From assembly GCA_023663735.1 (NCBI GenBank), contig JAMPGV010000006.1:2496-66495 (forward strand): a stretch of DNA of 64,000 nucleotides, in the 5' to 3' direction. Below, piece by piece: positions 38,601 through 46,712 of this stretch. Below the pieces are notes generated by a model. The model was not told the origin of the DNA and searched no databases. It saw only the letters and a program-made list of their open reading frames with translations. Position numbers and translations under genes: made by a program. This DNA is from Muribaculum sp. Its GTDB lineage: Bacteria > Bacillota > Clostridia > Lachnospirales > Lachnospiraceae. The stretch's first letter is position 1; each line of letters begins with the position of its first letter.

Positions 38601-39724
38601 CGCCTGACAACACGATCCGAACTGTTTACGCTTCCCACATAAGCGCTGTAATTCCCTTCCTCCATAACGCGAAACATCTTATGGTAAGCCGTCGTATCAT
38701 ATCTTTTTAACACCGATTTAAGCTGTTTTAAATCCTGATGATGATTCTGATAAGATTCCACACGGGCTTGTGACAGATAGGCAAACCCTTTCATAATACT
38801 TGACAAAAGTCCTCTGTCATGCAAATCCTTGATGCTCAGAATCAACTCAAACTGCTCATCTCCCAATACATCCTGCGCTGTAGCTATCGCTTCTTCATAA
38901 TTGGAATCTCTGAATGATAAGGACAACTTTTTATGTTCCTCATCAATCACTTCCTCGTCAAATAAATCAATCAATTTTACATTCAGACCACACATGAGAC
39001 TCACAATCTGATATGCAGGTTTTTGTTTTTTAGTCACCTGCAATAACTGCGCCACACTCTCCAGAATCTGCGTTCTGCTCTTTCCTTTCTCTCCAAGTCT
39101 CCGTTCCAACTCGTCTATCTGCTCGACGTGCGGAAACGCAATCTCCATCTCCTCTAATTTGTCCAGAAGAGTTTGCAATGCGCTTGCAAAATTCCCTTCC
39201 TGTCCATCTGAATCCAACGATTCGTTTAGGAAATGGCCTCTGTGTTTAAACATATTCGCCAACGCCAAATAGACAAGTCTCACATCGTGAGGCTCGTCCG
39301 ACTCAATCAATTCTTTTCTCAGGTGAAAAACCGTCGGATATTCTTTATAAAAATCCTGATCCGTATAATCTTTATCCGCAAAGAGGGCATACGGCTGTTT
39401 ATTGCTTTCATCTCGCTCCTCTATATGATATTTACTGTCATCCAATCTCAAAAAGAAACCGGGATCTATCTTCTCTATTTCTTGTGCAAATAATTCCCTG
39501 AGCAGCCCCATACGCGCCACTTCACGCTGCCTTCTGCGCCGTGCTATGCGATAGACTCTTCTATCCACAGATGTCTTTGCCTCTTCAAACAAACGCACTC
39601 CCCATAAGTTTTTCCCTTTTGCACGGAGTAGATGATAATTTCCGTCCGTTACCGCCCAACCGACAGACGATGTACCCATATCCAGCCCCAAATAATATTT
39701 CTGATTTTCCTGAATGTTTTTCAT
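35600..39724 (-). CDS. cas9: Type II-A Cas9, 1374 aa
   Basis: RuvC-I LGLDMGTSSVGWA, Arg-rich bridge helix, RuvC-II VEMAR, HNH DIDHIYP...NNLVLV...N, RuvC-III HHAHDAYL. Confidence 0.99.
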   Translation of the reverse strand: MKNIQENQKYYLGLDMGTSSVGWAVTDGNYHLLRAKGKNLWGVRLFEEAKTSVDRRVYRIARRRRQREVARMGLLRELFAQEIEKIDPGFFLRLDDSKYHIEERDESNKQPYALFADKDYTDQDFYKEYPTVFHLRKELIESDEPHDVRLVYLALANMFKHRGHFLNESLDSDGQEGNFASALQTLLDKLEEMEIAFPHVEQIDELERRLGEKGKSRTQILESVAQLLQVTKKQKPAYQIVSLMCGLNVKLIDLFDEEVIDEEHKKLSLSFRDSNYEEAIATAQDVLGDEQFELILSIKDLHDRGLLSSIMKGFAYLSQARVESYQNHHQDLKQLKSVLKRYDTTAYHKMFRVMEEGNYSAYVGSVNSSDRVVRRINKGRGKDELYKTIRAFLKNYPQDDTDIQEILGKIDAGTFLPKQLIDTNGVIPNQVHKREMKAILEQAEKYLPFLREKDESNLTVSEKILQIFSFQIPYYVGPLGQAFKDKKGYNVWCERLEGGRIYPWNFEDKIDTKRTAEKFIERMVRHCTYLTGETALPKQSLLYERFEVLNELNNVRINGEKLTEESKQDIYVKLFKSGKKVSLKRLEEYCIANHLIGKDDKNAISGIDGGFHSALTSLGRFLGALGERALYDENQEMMEKIIFWGTIYGNDKKFLRERIRENYDSDRLSEQELKRILGFKFTGWGRLSRSFLTMEGVSKKDGVIRSLIGAMWETNDNLMELLSDQYTYIEVLNGKLEKAEKPLCEWEIEDLDDLYLSAPVKRMVWQTMSILKELEQVLGHAPDRIFVEMAREEGKKGERKESRKQKLSVLYKAIKDEDKVWRKETEELPESAFRSKKLYLYYMQMGKCMYTGERIELQDLMSDNLYDIDHIYPRHYVKDDSIENNLVLVKKEKNAHKSDIFPLESDIQKRMHSTWKMMLEKGFITPEKFRRLTRVTHFTDEEKAQFINRQLVETRQGSKAITQILQQAFPKSEIVFAKAGNVSDFRHKYDLYKVRSVNDLHHAHDAYLNIVVGNVYFVKFTRSPINFIKEAGKNAGNAQYQYNMDKIFDRNVERHGERAWIASEPGQTGTIATVRKIMADHSPLVTKQCVEAHGGITQKVTIWNAKTAEGMGYIPVKMQDSRLQDVTKYGGLTAVAVAGYTLVEYCVKGKQVRSLEPLPIYLGRSESLTDEQILTYFAKSIGEEYKGETIENLRICRKLIPAKSLIRYNGMYYYLGGKTGNRMELKNAVQLCFSQESMNYLKKVEKAVEKDDYEEHDKNRQSVLTKENNQIIYEHFMQKFNKSLLKNLIGALKDCILDNEEKFNLLSIKEQCYILMQLCMHFCGGKPADLELLGGSKNTGNYKISKKITDAKEMVLVCQSVTGLFRREIDLLTV

Positions 39725-39743
39725 ATTATTTTTCTCCTTGGTC

Positions 39744-39772
39744 TTGACTTTTTCGATTCATTATGATATTTT
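39744..39772 (+). promoter_or_regulatory. tracrRNA promoter
   Basis: TTGACT-17 nt-TATTTT with extended TG, just upstream of the anti-repeat. Confidence 0.6.
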
Positions 39773-39776
39773 TTAT

Positions 39777-39870
39777 TTACAAACTTATAAGGTGAGTGCA
39801 AATAAGGATTTATCCGACATCGTCTGCCCGCATTGTGCGGCTATAAAAAAGGCTGTTAAGTCTTTTTTTA
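39777..39870 (+). ncRNA. tracrRNA
   Basis: Anti-repeat TTACAAACTTATAAGGT-GAGTG-CAAAT complementary to the repeat 5' part; nexus GGATTTATCC; hairpin CCGCA-TTG-TGCGG; terminal AAAAAAGGCT-GTTA-AGTCTTTTTT. Confidence 0.9.
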
Positions 39871-39888
39871 TTTTTAAATAACTATTTT

Positions 39889-40851
39889 TTATCCATACTT
39901 TTCTAACATATCCATCAGTCCGGTTTTGATACGTTCTCTTAATCTTTCCGGCTTTATAATTTCTGCTATACTCCCATACTGCAAAGCCCAATAATATACC
40001 GCATTCTCATTCACTTTGATTCGGACGGTTATCGTTTCTTCGTTTTCCTCCAGCACATGAAAATTCATTCCGTACCAATCAATAAAATCTCCTATATTCT
40101 GCCGTTGAATGCGAATCGTTACCTGTAAAGAATCGCCTGAAAACATATAAATGTGTTCCCGCATATACTCTGCCAGATCAAATCCCTGTGGATATTTTCT
40201 AAGGCTCGTAAGCGGCCTGCGCCGCTCACTTAAAACGGTCACTTGGGATATCCTGTCCAGCCTTCGATTCTCCAAATCATCATTGCGCCCCGCATAACAA
40301 ATTAAATAATATCTGCTTCTATCCGTCACCAAATAGTAGGGATCAACAATACGCTTTCCTCTGTTATATAATGTCCCGTCTTTATCACAGGCACAGATTG
40401 TCAATTCGACTTTACAATTCTTTTCGATAGCTTCATCGATAGCATCTATAGTCTCATAAAGTTTCTCGTTCGGCGTATGATTCATATTCTCCAAATAACA
40501 AATGTGTTTTATGCGGTATTTCAGGCTATTATATGACATGCTTTTCAATTTTTGAATCAGCCCGTATGCATCTTTCTGCGGAACGTGCTGTCCAAACAAT
40601 ACACCATCAATCAAAAGCCGAAGTTCATTATCTTCAAATTTATTAACTTTGTATATTCCCCTACGCCCGCTAATGTATCCGTCATCCCTCAATTCATTCA
40701 GATATCCCGAGAGCGTTTTTCTGGTCACTGTCAAACGATACTCATTCTCCAAATAAAAAAGAATCTGTGCTTGTGAAAGTTTGTGATGCTTATCCGCATA
40801 TTTCTCTAATATTTCCAATATGTAAATATCTATCAATCCTTTATTCCGCAT
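39889..40851 (-). CDS. HTH-WYL(-WCX) transcriptional regulator
   Basis: N-terminal wHTH (ILEILEKY...VTRKTL), IVDPYYLV...YYLIC...RRLDRI WYL core, C-terminal YWALQYG...IIKPERLRE. Confidence 0.88.
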   Translation of the reverse strand: MRNKGLIDIYILEILEKYADKHHKLSQAQILFYLENEYRLTVTRKTLSGYLNELRDDGYISGRRGIYKVNKFEDNELRLLIDGVLFGQHVPQKDAYGLIQKLKSMSYNSLKYRIKHICYLENMNHTPNEKLYETIDAIDEAIEKNCKVELTICACDKDGTLYNRGKRIVDPYYLVTDRSRYYLICYAGRNDDLENRRLDRISQVTVLSERRRPLTSLRKYPQGFDLAEYMREHIYMFSGDSLQVTIRIQRQNIGDFIDWYGMNFHVLEENEETITVRIKVNENAVYYWALQYGSIAEIIKPERLRERIKTGLMDMLEKYG

Positions 40852-41056
40852 AGCACAACCTCTTTTGTATGATTATAACAAATGATAGGAGTATTGTTTT
40901 ACCCATAATAAAATAATAAGTAATTTGTCCGTAATTGCTTTCTCCTAAACTGCTTGAAAATATAACTGGTTAGACGCAATTTTTTAAAATTATTATACTA
41001 TATAGCCTCCCAAAAGTCACTCAAAACTTAAATTGCTTTTAATCCATGAATAATAT

Positions 41057-41085
41057 TTGATAAAATGTATTAGATCTGTTATACT
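41057..41085 (+). promoter_or_regulatory. Orphan sigma-A-like promoter
   Basis: TTGATA-17 nt-TATACT with extended TG; a second candidate TAGACG-17 nt-TATACT at 40971-40999. Confidence 0.5.
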
Positions 41086-41242
41086 ATTCATAGAAATTCT
41101 TTTCGCACTAATTTGTCATTATTGATTCTTTGTAACTGCTCAGAACCGGGCAAACACGCAGTGTTTACAGGGTTGGTTCTGAATAGGTACAATTCTTTCA
41201 ATAATGTGGATTGAAAAATGGACTAAAATAAATAGGTCTACA

Positions 41243-41289
41243 GAAAGCAGCTCCCCAATACCTTTCGTGTACTGGGGAGCTGTCTTCTA
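41243..41289. terminator. Hairpin, probable (bidirectional) terminator
   Basis: cagctccccaatac-ctttcgt-gtactggggagctg stem-loop. Confidence 0.6.
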
Positions 41290-41479
41290 TCAGATCACAC
41301 ATGAAATTAATAACACGAATTTTACCTGCTTCCCTCAGCTTTTTATAATTCGGCTAATTTCTCTGGTACTAAATCCGATTTCAGGAGTGTCAAAACCCAA
41401 AATCTATCTAAATAAAATCAGGAGTTCTCCGCTTCAAAAGTTCCTGCTTTCACATAATTTGAAACAAATATTTCCCACT

Positions 41480-42240
41480 TTATATATTATCCATTACCTG
41501 ATTCCAAAAATCTTCTCCAAAATATTCTAAAAGAAATAAGGGTACAGAATTTAAAATACATAACAAATGGCCGTTATTAATATAATTTTTCTTTTGAAAA
41601 AAATAAAGACTTTCCTGATCCAAATTATGTATAAAATAATTATAGTTACATTGCTCTTTATACTGAGCCAGTATGCTTGCCCTTTTTCGGCTTGCATTAC
41701 ATGCTATCACCCAATGTTCTTTTTCGAGACGATAATAATTGCCAAAATCAGATTGTAAAAAAGGGTTCTGTTTATAATCAAAAATTTCATCCAGCGAAAG
41801 ATATAATCTTATATAATCCTTTATTTTTATATCAATTTCCTTAATTGCTTCAATCATCGGATATGACACATACAGTTTTCCAAATTCTGTTTCATTATTA
41901 AATGTTTTCAGCATTTCACCTAATATATCTCTATTTCTATATTCTTTGGGGATATTATCGTTATGTCCGTCATAGTCAAAGAAAAAAAATCACTAGCCCT
42001 TAAATCCTTTAAACGCTCCTTGGCTATCGTACTCATTTCTTTCAACACATCAACTACATTCGTTTCAAATTCATCTTTTTTCAACCTTGACCACAACATA
42101 TAAATATTGCCGTCAGCAGGACAATTTATTATAGAAACATCAACTCTTGAAGAAAAGAAAATCTTATACATATTACTCAATAAATCTTCTTCCGCTTTTA
42201 TACCCTCATAAATAAAAATAACCTTTTTCTTATTGTCCAT
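41480..42240 (-). pseudogene. TOPRIM/RloB-like partner of the AAA ATPase, frameshifted at a T8 run (41982-41989)
   Basis: IFIYEG in the first ORF; a frame switch at the T run restores FFDYDGH...ILGEMLKTFNNETEFGKLYVSYPMIEA, continuous with the 41480-41914 ORF. Confidence 0.8.
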
Positions 42241-43336
42241 AGAAAGCTCCCGCTCTGTACATTTTCTGAAGATTATGTGCCTCCCTCAAGGACTTATCCG
42301 TCAAATCGCAAAATGGTTGAATAGTATTATCGTCCAATATAAAATAGCAGTCCGGCCGCAATAATTCATTAGAAATAATATCTGTATTATGAGAAGTAAA
42401 AACAATTTGAATGTTTTCTTCCATCATCAGCTTATGAATAATGGCAATTGATAAATCGGTATGATAAAAAGCATCAAACTCATCAATAAAAATAAATGCA
42501 AAGTTCTCCTTTTGCATATACCACAGATATAAAAAAACCAATGCCCTTGTCCCACTTGACATTAAGGGCGCAAACGGTACTTCCCTATCACCTACTTTAC
42601 AGTAAATGGTTTTCCCTTCTCCCGTATCCTTTTCTAAGAGTCTAAACGGAAGCTTTGCTTCATGCAAAAGATTCTCCAACTTCTCAACGCCGTTCTCTAA
42701 ATTGCATATATTTTCAAGCATACTGCCACCAGCCGCATTAGCTCCTACGGCTCGCAACTTATCCGTACTACTGAACCAAAGCATCTGATTGACAAACTTC
42801 ATAAATTTTAAAAACACTTGACATTCTTTATCTTCCCTATCTAATATAGTATTGGCATACGTATATTTAACAAGTGAAATAGAATTATCCCAATGATCCA
42901 AATTCAAGGTTTCCGAACCTTTTAAACTAACAATATGTGTATCTTCATCATTAATTATAACTTTTCTGCCATCAATTTTAACATATTCCCTTATAGCTTG
43001 TTGCGGATTCTTTTTTTCATAAGCATATTCCAAAAAAGAAGAATCAAACTTAAATTTATATACAAATGCTACCGTATCATCTTGATTATATAAATTAGAA
43101 TAAAATAAATTTGATGTTTCACGTTCTCTTTTATCTGTCAAATGAATAATAAGATCCATTATTGCAAAACCTAAATTTGTTTTACCGGACGCATTATATC
43201 CAATGATAACAGAATCTTTAATTATTTCGTTATGAATTGCTTCCTGATTGAACTCATAATTTTTCTTCGACTCTAGCGAAAAGTGCAATTCATCCCTAAA
43301 ATTTCTATAATTTCTAACTTTAAATTCTGCCAACAT
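42230..43336 (-). CDS. AAA_21/ABC-type ATPase (RloA/AbiEii/AriA-like)
   Basis: VRNYRNF, Walker A GYNASGKTN, MSSGT signature, FIDEFD, FTSHN. Confidence 0.88.
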   Translation of the reverse strand: MLAEFKVRNYRNFRDELHFSLESKKNYEFNQEAIHNEIIKDSVIIGYNASGKTNLGFAIMDLIIHLTDKRERETSNLFYSNLYNQDDTVAFVYKFKFDSSFLEYAYEKKNPQQAIREYVKIDGRKVIINDEDTHIVSLKGSETLNLDHWDNSISLVKYTYANTILDREDKECQVFLKFMKFVNQMLWFSSTDKLRAVGANAAGGSMLENICNLENGVEKLENLLHEAKLPFRLLEKDTGEGKTIYCKVGDREVPFAPLMSSGTRALVFLYLWYMQKENFAFIFIDEFDAFYHTDLSIAIIHKLMMEENIQIVFTSHNTDIISNELLRPDCYFILDDNTIQPFCDLTDKSLREAHNLQKMYRAGAFYGQ

Positions 43337-43449
43337 TTATTTTCCTCCACATATATAAATAGCCATTTATATATATCATTATACACATTTTCTTGAAATA
43401 CGCAATTTGTTCCGTATTTTTTTTACATCATTTCTGTATTTTTAATACT

Positions 43450-44106
43450 TCAACTATTCCGCCTCCCCCTCACCTTACAATACACCACCGCCGTCACCGT
43501 ACTCACGCACGTCGCCACAATCGCCGGCGCAATCACCCCCGCCGGATTGACGCTCCCGTACTGCTGCCGATAAGCGATCATATTGACCGGGATCAACTGC
43601 AGCGAAGAGATATTCAAAATGAGAAAGTTGCACATCTCGGTGCTGGCGATCCGCTCGCCTCCCTCGGCTCCCCGCTTTGGGGGCTGCATCCGGTCCGCGC
43701 CCCCCGCCTCCTCCACATACCCCGGCGTCCCCCGCTGTGCCTCCAGCTTCGACAACTCTTCCATCGCCTTCAATCCCGCGGGTGTACACGCCCATCCAAG
43801 CCCCAGAATATTGGCGATGATATTGGTGGCGATATACTCCCTTGCCGGATGGCTCTTCGGAATCCTCGGAAACATAAAATCCAAAAAAGGACCGATCCCA
43901 TTTGCCATCTTCTGGATCAGTCCCGCCTCTTTTGCAATTTCCATCAGTCCCATCCAGAGCGCCACCACCCCCGCCATAGTGATGCACAGGGAGATCGCCT
44001 CCCCTGCGCTCTCAAGCGCCGCGTTGGTCACATTCTCCATATGCCCGGTACACGCTGCGTAAACTACTCCCAACAGAATCATAAACGCCCAGATATAATT
44101 CAGCAT
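43450..44106 (-). CDS. spmA: Spore maturation protein A (nucleoside recognition domain)
   Basis: MLNYIW, LWMGLMEIA, ANILGLGWACTPAGLKAM, LNISSLQLIP; upstream CATATATT SigE-like -10. Confidence 0.9.
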   Translation of the reverse strand: MLNYIWAFMILLGVVYAACTGHMENVTNAALESAGEAISLCITMAGVVALWMGLMEIAKEAGLIQKMANGIGPFLDFMFPRIPKSHPAREYIATNIIANILGLGWACTPAGLKAMEELSKLEAQRGTPGYVEEAGGADRMQPPKRGAEGGERIASTEMCNFLILNISSLQLIPVNMIAYRQQYGSVNPAGVIAPAIVATCVSTVTAVVYCKVRGRRNS

Positions 44107-44212
44107 ATTCCTCTCTCGACTCCTCAAAGAGCCTTCATTCTTCCACGCTTATCACAATATATGAGCGCCGCTCCCGCAAAAGACGTCCGCAGAGCCGGTT
44201 CTGCCCCGCCTT

Positions 44213-45271
44213 TTACGCAAATTCCCGCAGGATATCCCGCACATGCTCCAACCCCTTGGCTCTGTATGCGTTGCTGCCCGCAAACAAAAGCGCGTCCTCC
44301 ACCCGCCCCTCCGCCGCGTTCACCAGCGCCTCGGTGATGCAATAGGGCGTCTCCGCCGGTTTGCAGGTACTTACACAGAGATGGCATTTCCCGTGGGGGA
44401 TCCGCCCCTGCCTCGTCCGCTCCAGAAAGGCGTTGCGGATTGCCCGTCCGGGCATTCCTACGGGACTCTTGACCAATGTAATGTCTGCCTCCTCCGCGCG
44501 GATATAGGCCTGTTTGTAGGCGTCGGGGGCGTCGCACTCATAAGTGGTGACAAAACGGGTGGCCATCTGCACTCCGTCCGCTCCCAACGCTATCATATGT
44601 TCCGCATCCTCTCTGGTATAAATGCCGCCCGCCACGGCCACGGGGATTTCCGTCTGCCGCTCCGCCGCGCACTTTTTTACAAAATCTATGATTCTACGGA
44701 TCTCCTCGTCATAATCCGCTTCGCCCGCAAGATAGCGCTCCAGCTCCTCCGTGGAGAATCCCAGATGCCCTCCCGCTCTCGGACCCTCGATCACCACCAG
44801 ATCCGGCGTTTTGTCATATTTTTTCAGCCAATACTTAAAAATCACCTGCGCAGACTTTAAGCTCGACACGATGGGGGCGATCTTCGTGCCACTTTCCCCC
44901 GTCAGGCCGGGCAGCGTCACGGGAAGCCCTGCCCCCGAGATAATCAGATCCGCCCCCGCGTCCACGGCCGCCCGCACATACTCTTCGTATCCTCTGGTGG
45001 CCACCATGATGTTCACACCGATGATGCCGCCCTGCGCGATCTCTCTGGCTTTGCGGATCTCCGAGGCAACGGCCTTTAAATTCGTCGCGATGGGATCCTC
45101 GTCAAATCCCTCCTCCCGAAAGCCGATCTGGGCGGTGGAGATGACGCCGACGCCGCCCTCCGCCGCCACCGCTCCCGCCAGTCTGTGGAGGCTGATTCCC
45201 ACGCCCATGCCGCCCTGTATCACAGGGACGGGCGCTGTCAAATCTCCGATTTTTAACGCTTTTAATTTCAT
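44213..45271 (-). CDS. Nitronate monooxygenase / FabK-like flavoprotein
   Basis: PVIQGGMG, EGPRAGGH, AGGI, GVQMATRF. Confidence 0.85.
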   Translation of the reverse strand: MKLKALKIGDLTAPVPVIQGGMGVGISLHRLAGAVAAEGGVGVISTAQIGFREEGFDEDPIATNLKAVASEIRKAREIAQGGIIGVNIMVATRGYEEYVRAAVDAGADLIISGAGLPVTLPGLTGESGTKIAPIVSSLKSAQVIFKYWLKKYDKTPDLVVIEGPRAGGHLGFSTEELERYLAGEADYDEEIRRIIDFVKKCAAERQTEIPVAVAGGIYTREDAEHMIALGADGVQMATRFVTTYECDAPDAYKQAYIRAEEADITLVKSPVGMPGRAIRNAFLERTRQGRIPHGKCHLCVSTCKPAETPYCITEALVNAAEGRVEDALLFAGSNAYRAKGLEHVRDILREFA

Positions 45272-45504
45272 TGTGCCACCGCCTTCTTTATGCTGCAATT
45301 TTGATTCCTGAAACACGCTCGTCCGGATGCTGATAACTGCTCTTGCCGGATTTTCTCAAATTCCCCGATTTTATTTTAATTTCAAGTTGTTTGATATTCA
45401 AAGTATACCACAGAGAATGAATTTGTCAAGTGTCACAAAACATGTATAACCCGGCTAAAACCGTACACACTATCCCTTGTAAAAAAATATCAGGAGGTAG
45501 CACT

Positions 45505-45690
45505 ATGAGCAATATTTCAGAGCTGGATTTACAGAACCTGCGCCATCTCATCGGCGGATTCGACACGACGCACTGTAAGATGCAGGCCTACGCGCAGGAG
45601 GCGCAGGATACCGAGATCAAGCAGTTCTTCGAGAAGGGCGCCAAGTCCGCCATGGACAACAAGCAGCAGTTAATGAAATTTTTGAATTAG
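45505..45690 (+). CDS. Small sporulation-associated protein
   Basis: Strong AGGAGG RBS; ISELDLQNLRHLI; paired with a coat-F-like gene; upstream GTATA-17 nt-CACACTA is SigG-like. Confidence 0.65.
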   Translation: MSNISELDLQNLRHLIGGFDTTHCKMQAYAQEAQDTEIKQFFEKGAKSAMDNKQQLMKFLN

Positions 45691-45705
45691 AAAGGTGGAG
45701 ACAGA

Positions 45706-45960
45706 ATGCAGGAGAAAATCATGGTAGCGGATACCTTGGCAGGTATCAACGGAGAATTGACCCGCTATGCGGGCATGATCGCCCAGTCCGAGAACAAGGA
45801 GCTGAAGAGTACCTTAAAGCAGATGCGCAATGCCTGTGAGCAATCGCAGGAAGAGCTTTATCAGATCGCCAGAGAGAAATCCTATTATGTCCCCGCCGCC
45901 AAGGCCACCGATGCGGAGGTTGCGCATGTGAGAGACCTGTTCAGCCAGAGTTCTCTCTAA
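45706..45960 (+). CDS. Spore coat protein (Coat F-like)
   Basis: MQEKIMVADTL...SENKELK...ELYQIA...YY ferritin-like helical pattern. Confidence 0.7.
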   Translation: MQEKIMVADTLAGINGELTRYAGMIAQSENKELKSTLKQMRNACEQSQEELYQIAREKSYYVPAAKATDAEVAHVRDLFSQSSL

Positions 45961-45992
45961 ATTCTGATTTGTGATTTACAATTTATGATTTC

Positions 45993-46023
45993 GACCGTCC
46001 GGACGTTGCGCCGGGCGGTTTTT
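45993..46023 (+). terminator. Rho-independent terminator
   Basis: gaccgtccgg...ccgggcggtt followed by T run. Confidence 0.7.
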
Positions 46024-46275
46024 GATTCCTTTTTATTTCATATGATTTCCTTTTTATGGATTTTTGTATATGATTTTCGTTGATTTCACAGATATTTCAC
46101 AGATTGCGGTCTCAGATCCGGTAAAATATTGGCACAAATACCACTTGTATCCTATGGGAGAATGTACTAAAATAATTATAATTGCAGAAGACCGTGTACC
46201 ATGGCCTATATACAGATACATCAATGTGTTACATGGAAACTTAATTTGATGCAACGGTAAAGAGGTGATAACGAC

Positions 46276-46617
46276 ATGCAGAATTACAAATGGCTGGCAG
46301 CCGCCGGCATCGGACTGTTGGGTGTGAGCGGCATATTGGCAGCCTGTGGTGCGGACAAGAACAAGCCCCTCGAGAATTATGCGGTGCAGGACGACTTGTC
46401 CGTCCGAACAGATCAGGGCAATGTGGAACTGACTGCGCTTGCGGATACGGAAGAACAAGCGCAGGAAATCGCGGATTTGTACCAGATAGAGCTTCTGTCT
46501 TTTGCGGACGGCGTCGCGCTCTATTCCACGGACCAGAATCCATACGAACTCATTGCGCTTGGTCAGGAAAAAGATTACCCGCCTTTGTCGCTCAATCAAA
46601 TCAAGCAATTATACTAA
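46276..46617 (+). CDS. Small lipoprotein resembling the propeptide of the downstream S8 protease
   Basis: Signal peptide with ILAAC lipobox; LADTEEQAQEIADLY...GVALY...NQIKQLY parallels the protease prodomain. Confidence 0.7.
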   Translation: MQNYKWLAAAGIGLLGVSGILAACGADKNKPLENYAVQDDLSVRTDQGNVELTALADTEEQAQEIADLYQIELLSFADGVALYSTDQNPYELIALGQEKDYPPLSLNQIKQLY

Positions 46618-46712
46618 AAAGCGCTGATTAAATCAGCGCCTTAGGCGCGGGAACCGCTTTCATCAGCGTTTCCCTAAAGTCGGAAACATTACTATAGTAA
46701 AGGAGCAAGAAC

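Noticed and set aside
40896-40920. gttttacccataataaaat as a degenerate CRISPR repeat (mini-array/scaRNA)
   Set aside because: Only a short partial match in AT-rich DNA, with no second repeat.
41204-41530. 108-aa plus-strand ORF in the island
   Set aside because: No clear RBS, crosses a terminator hairpin, overlaps the opposite-strand gene end and has no motifs.
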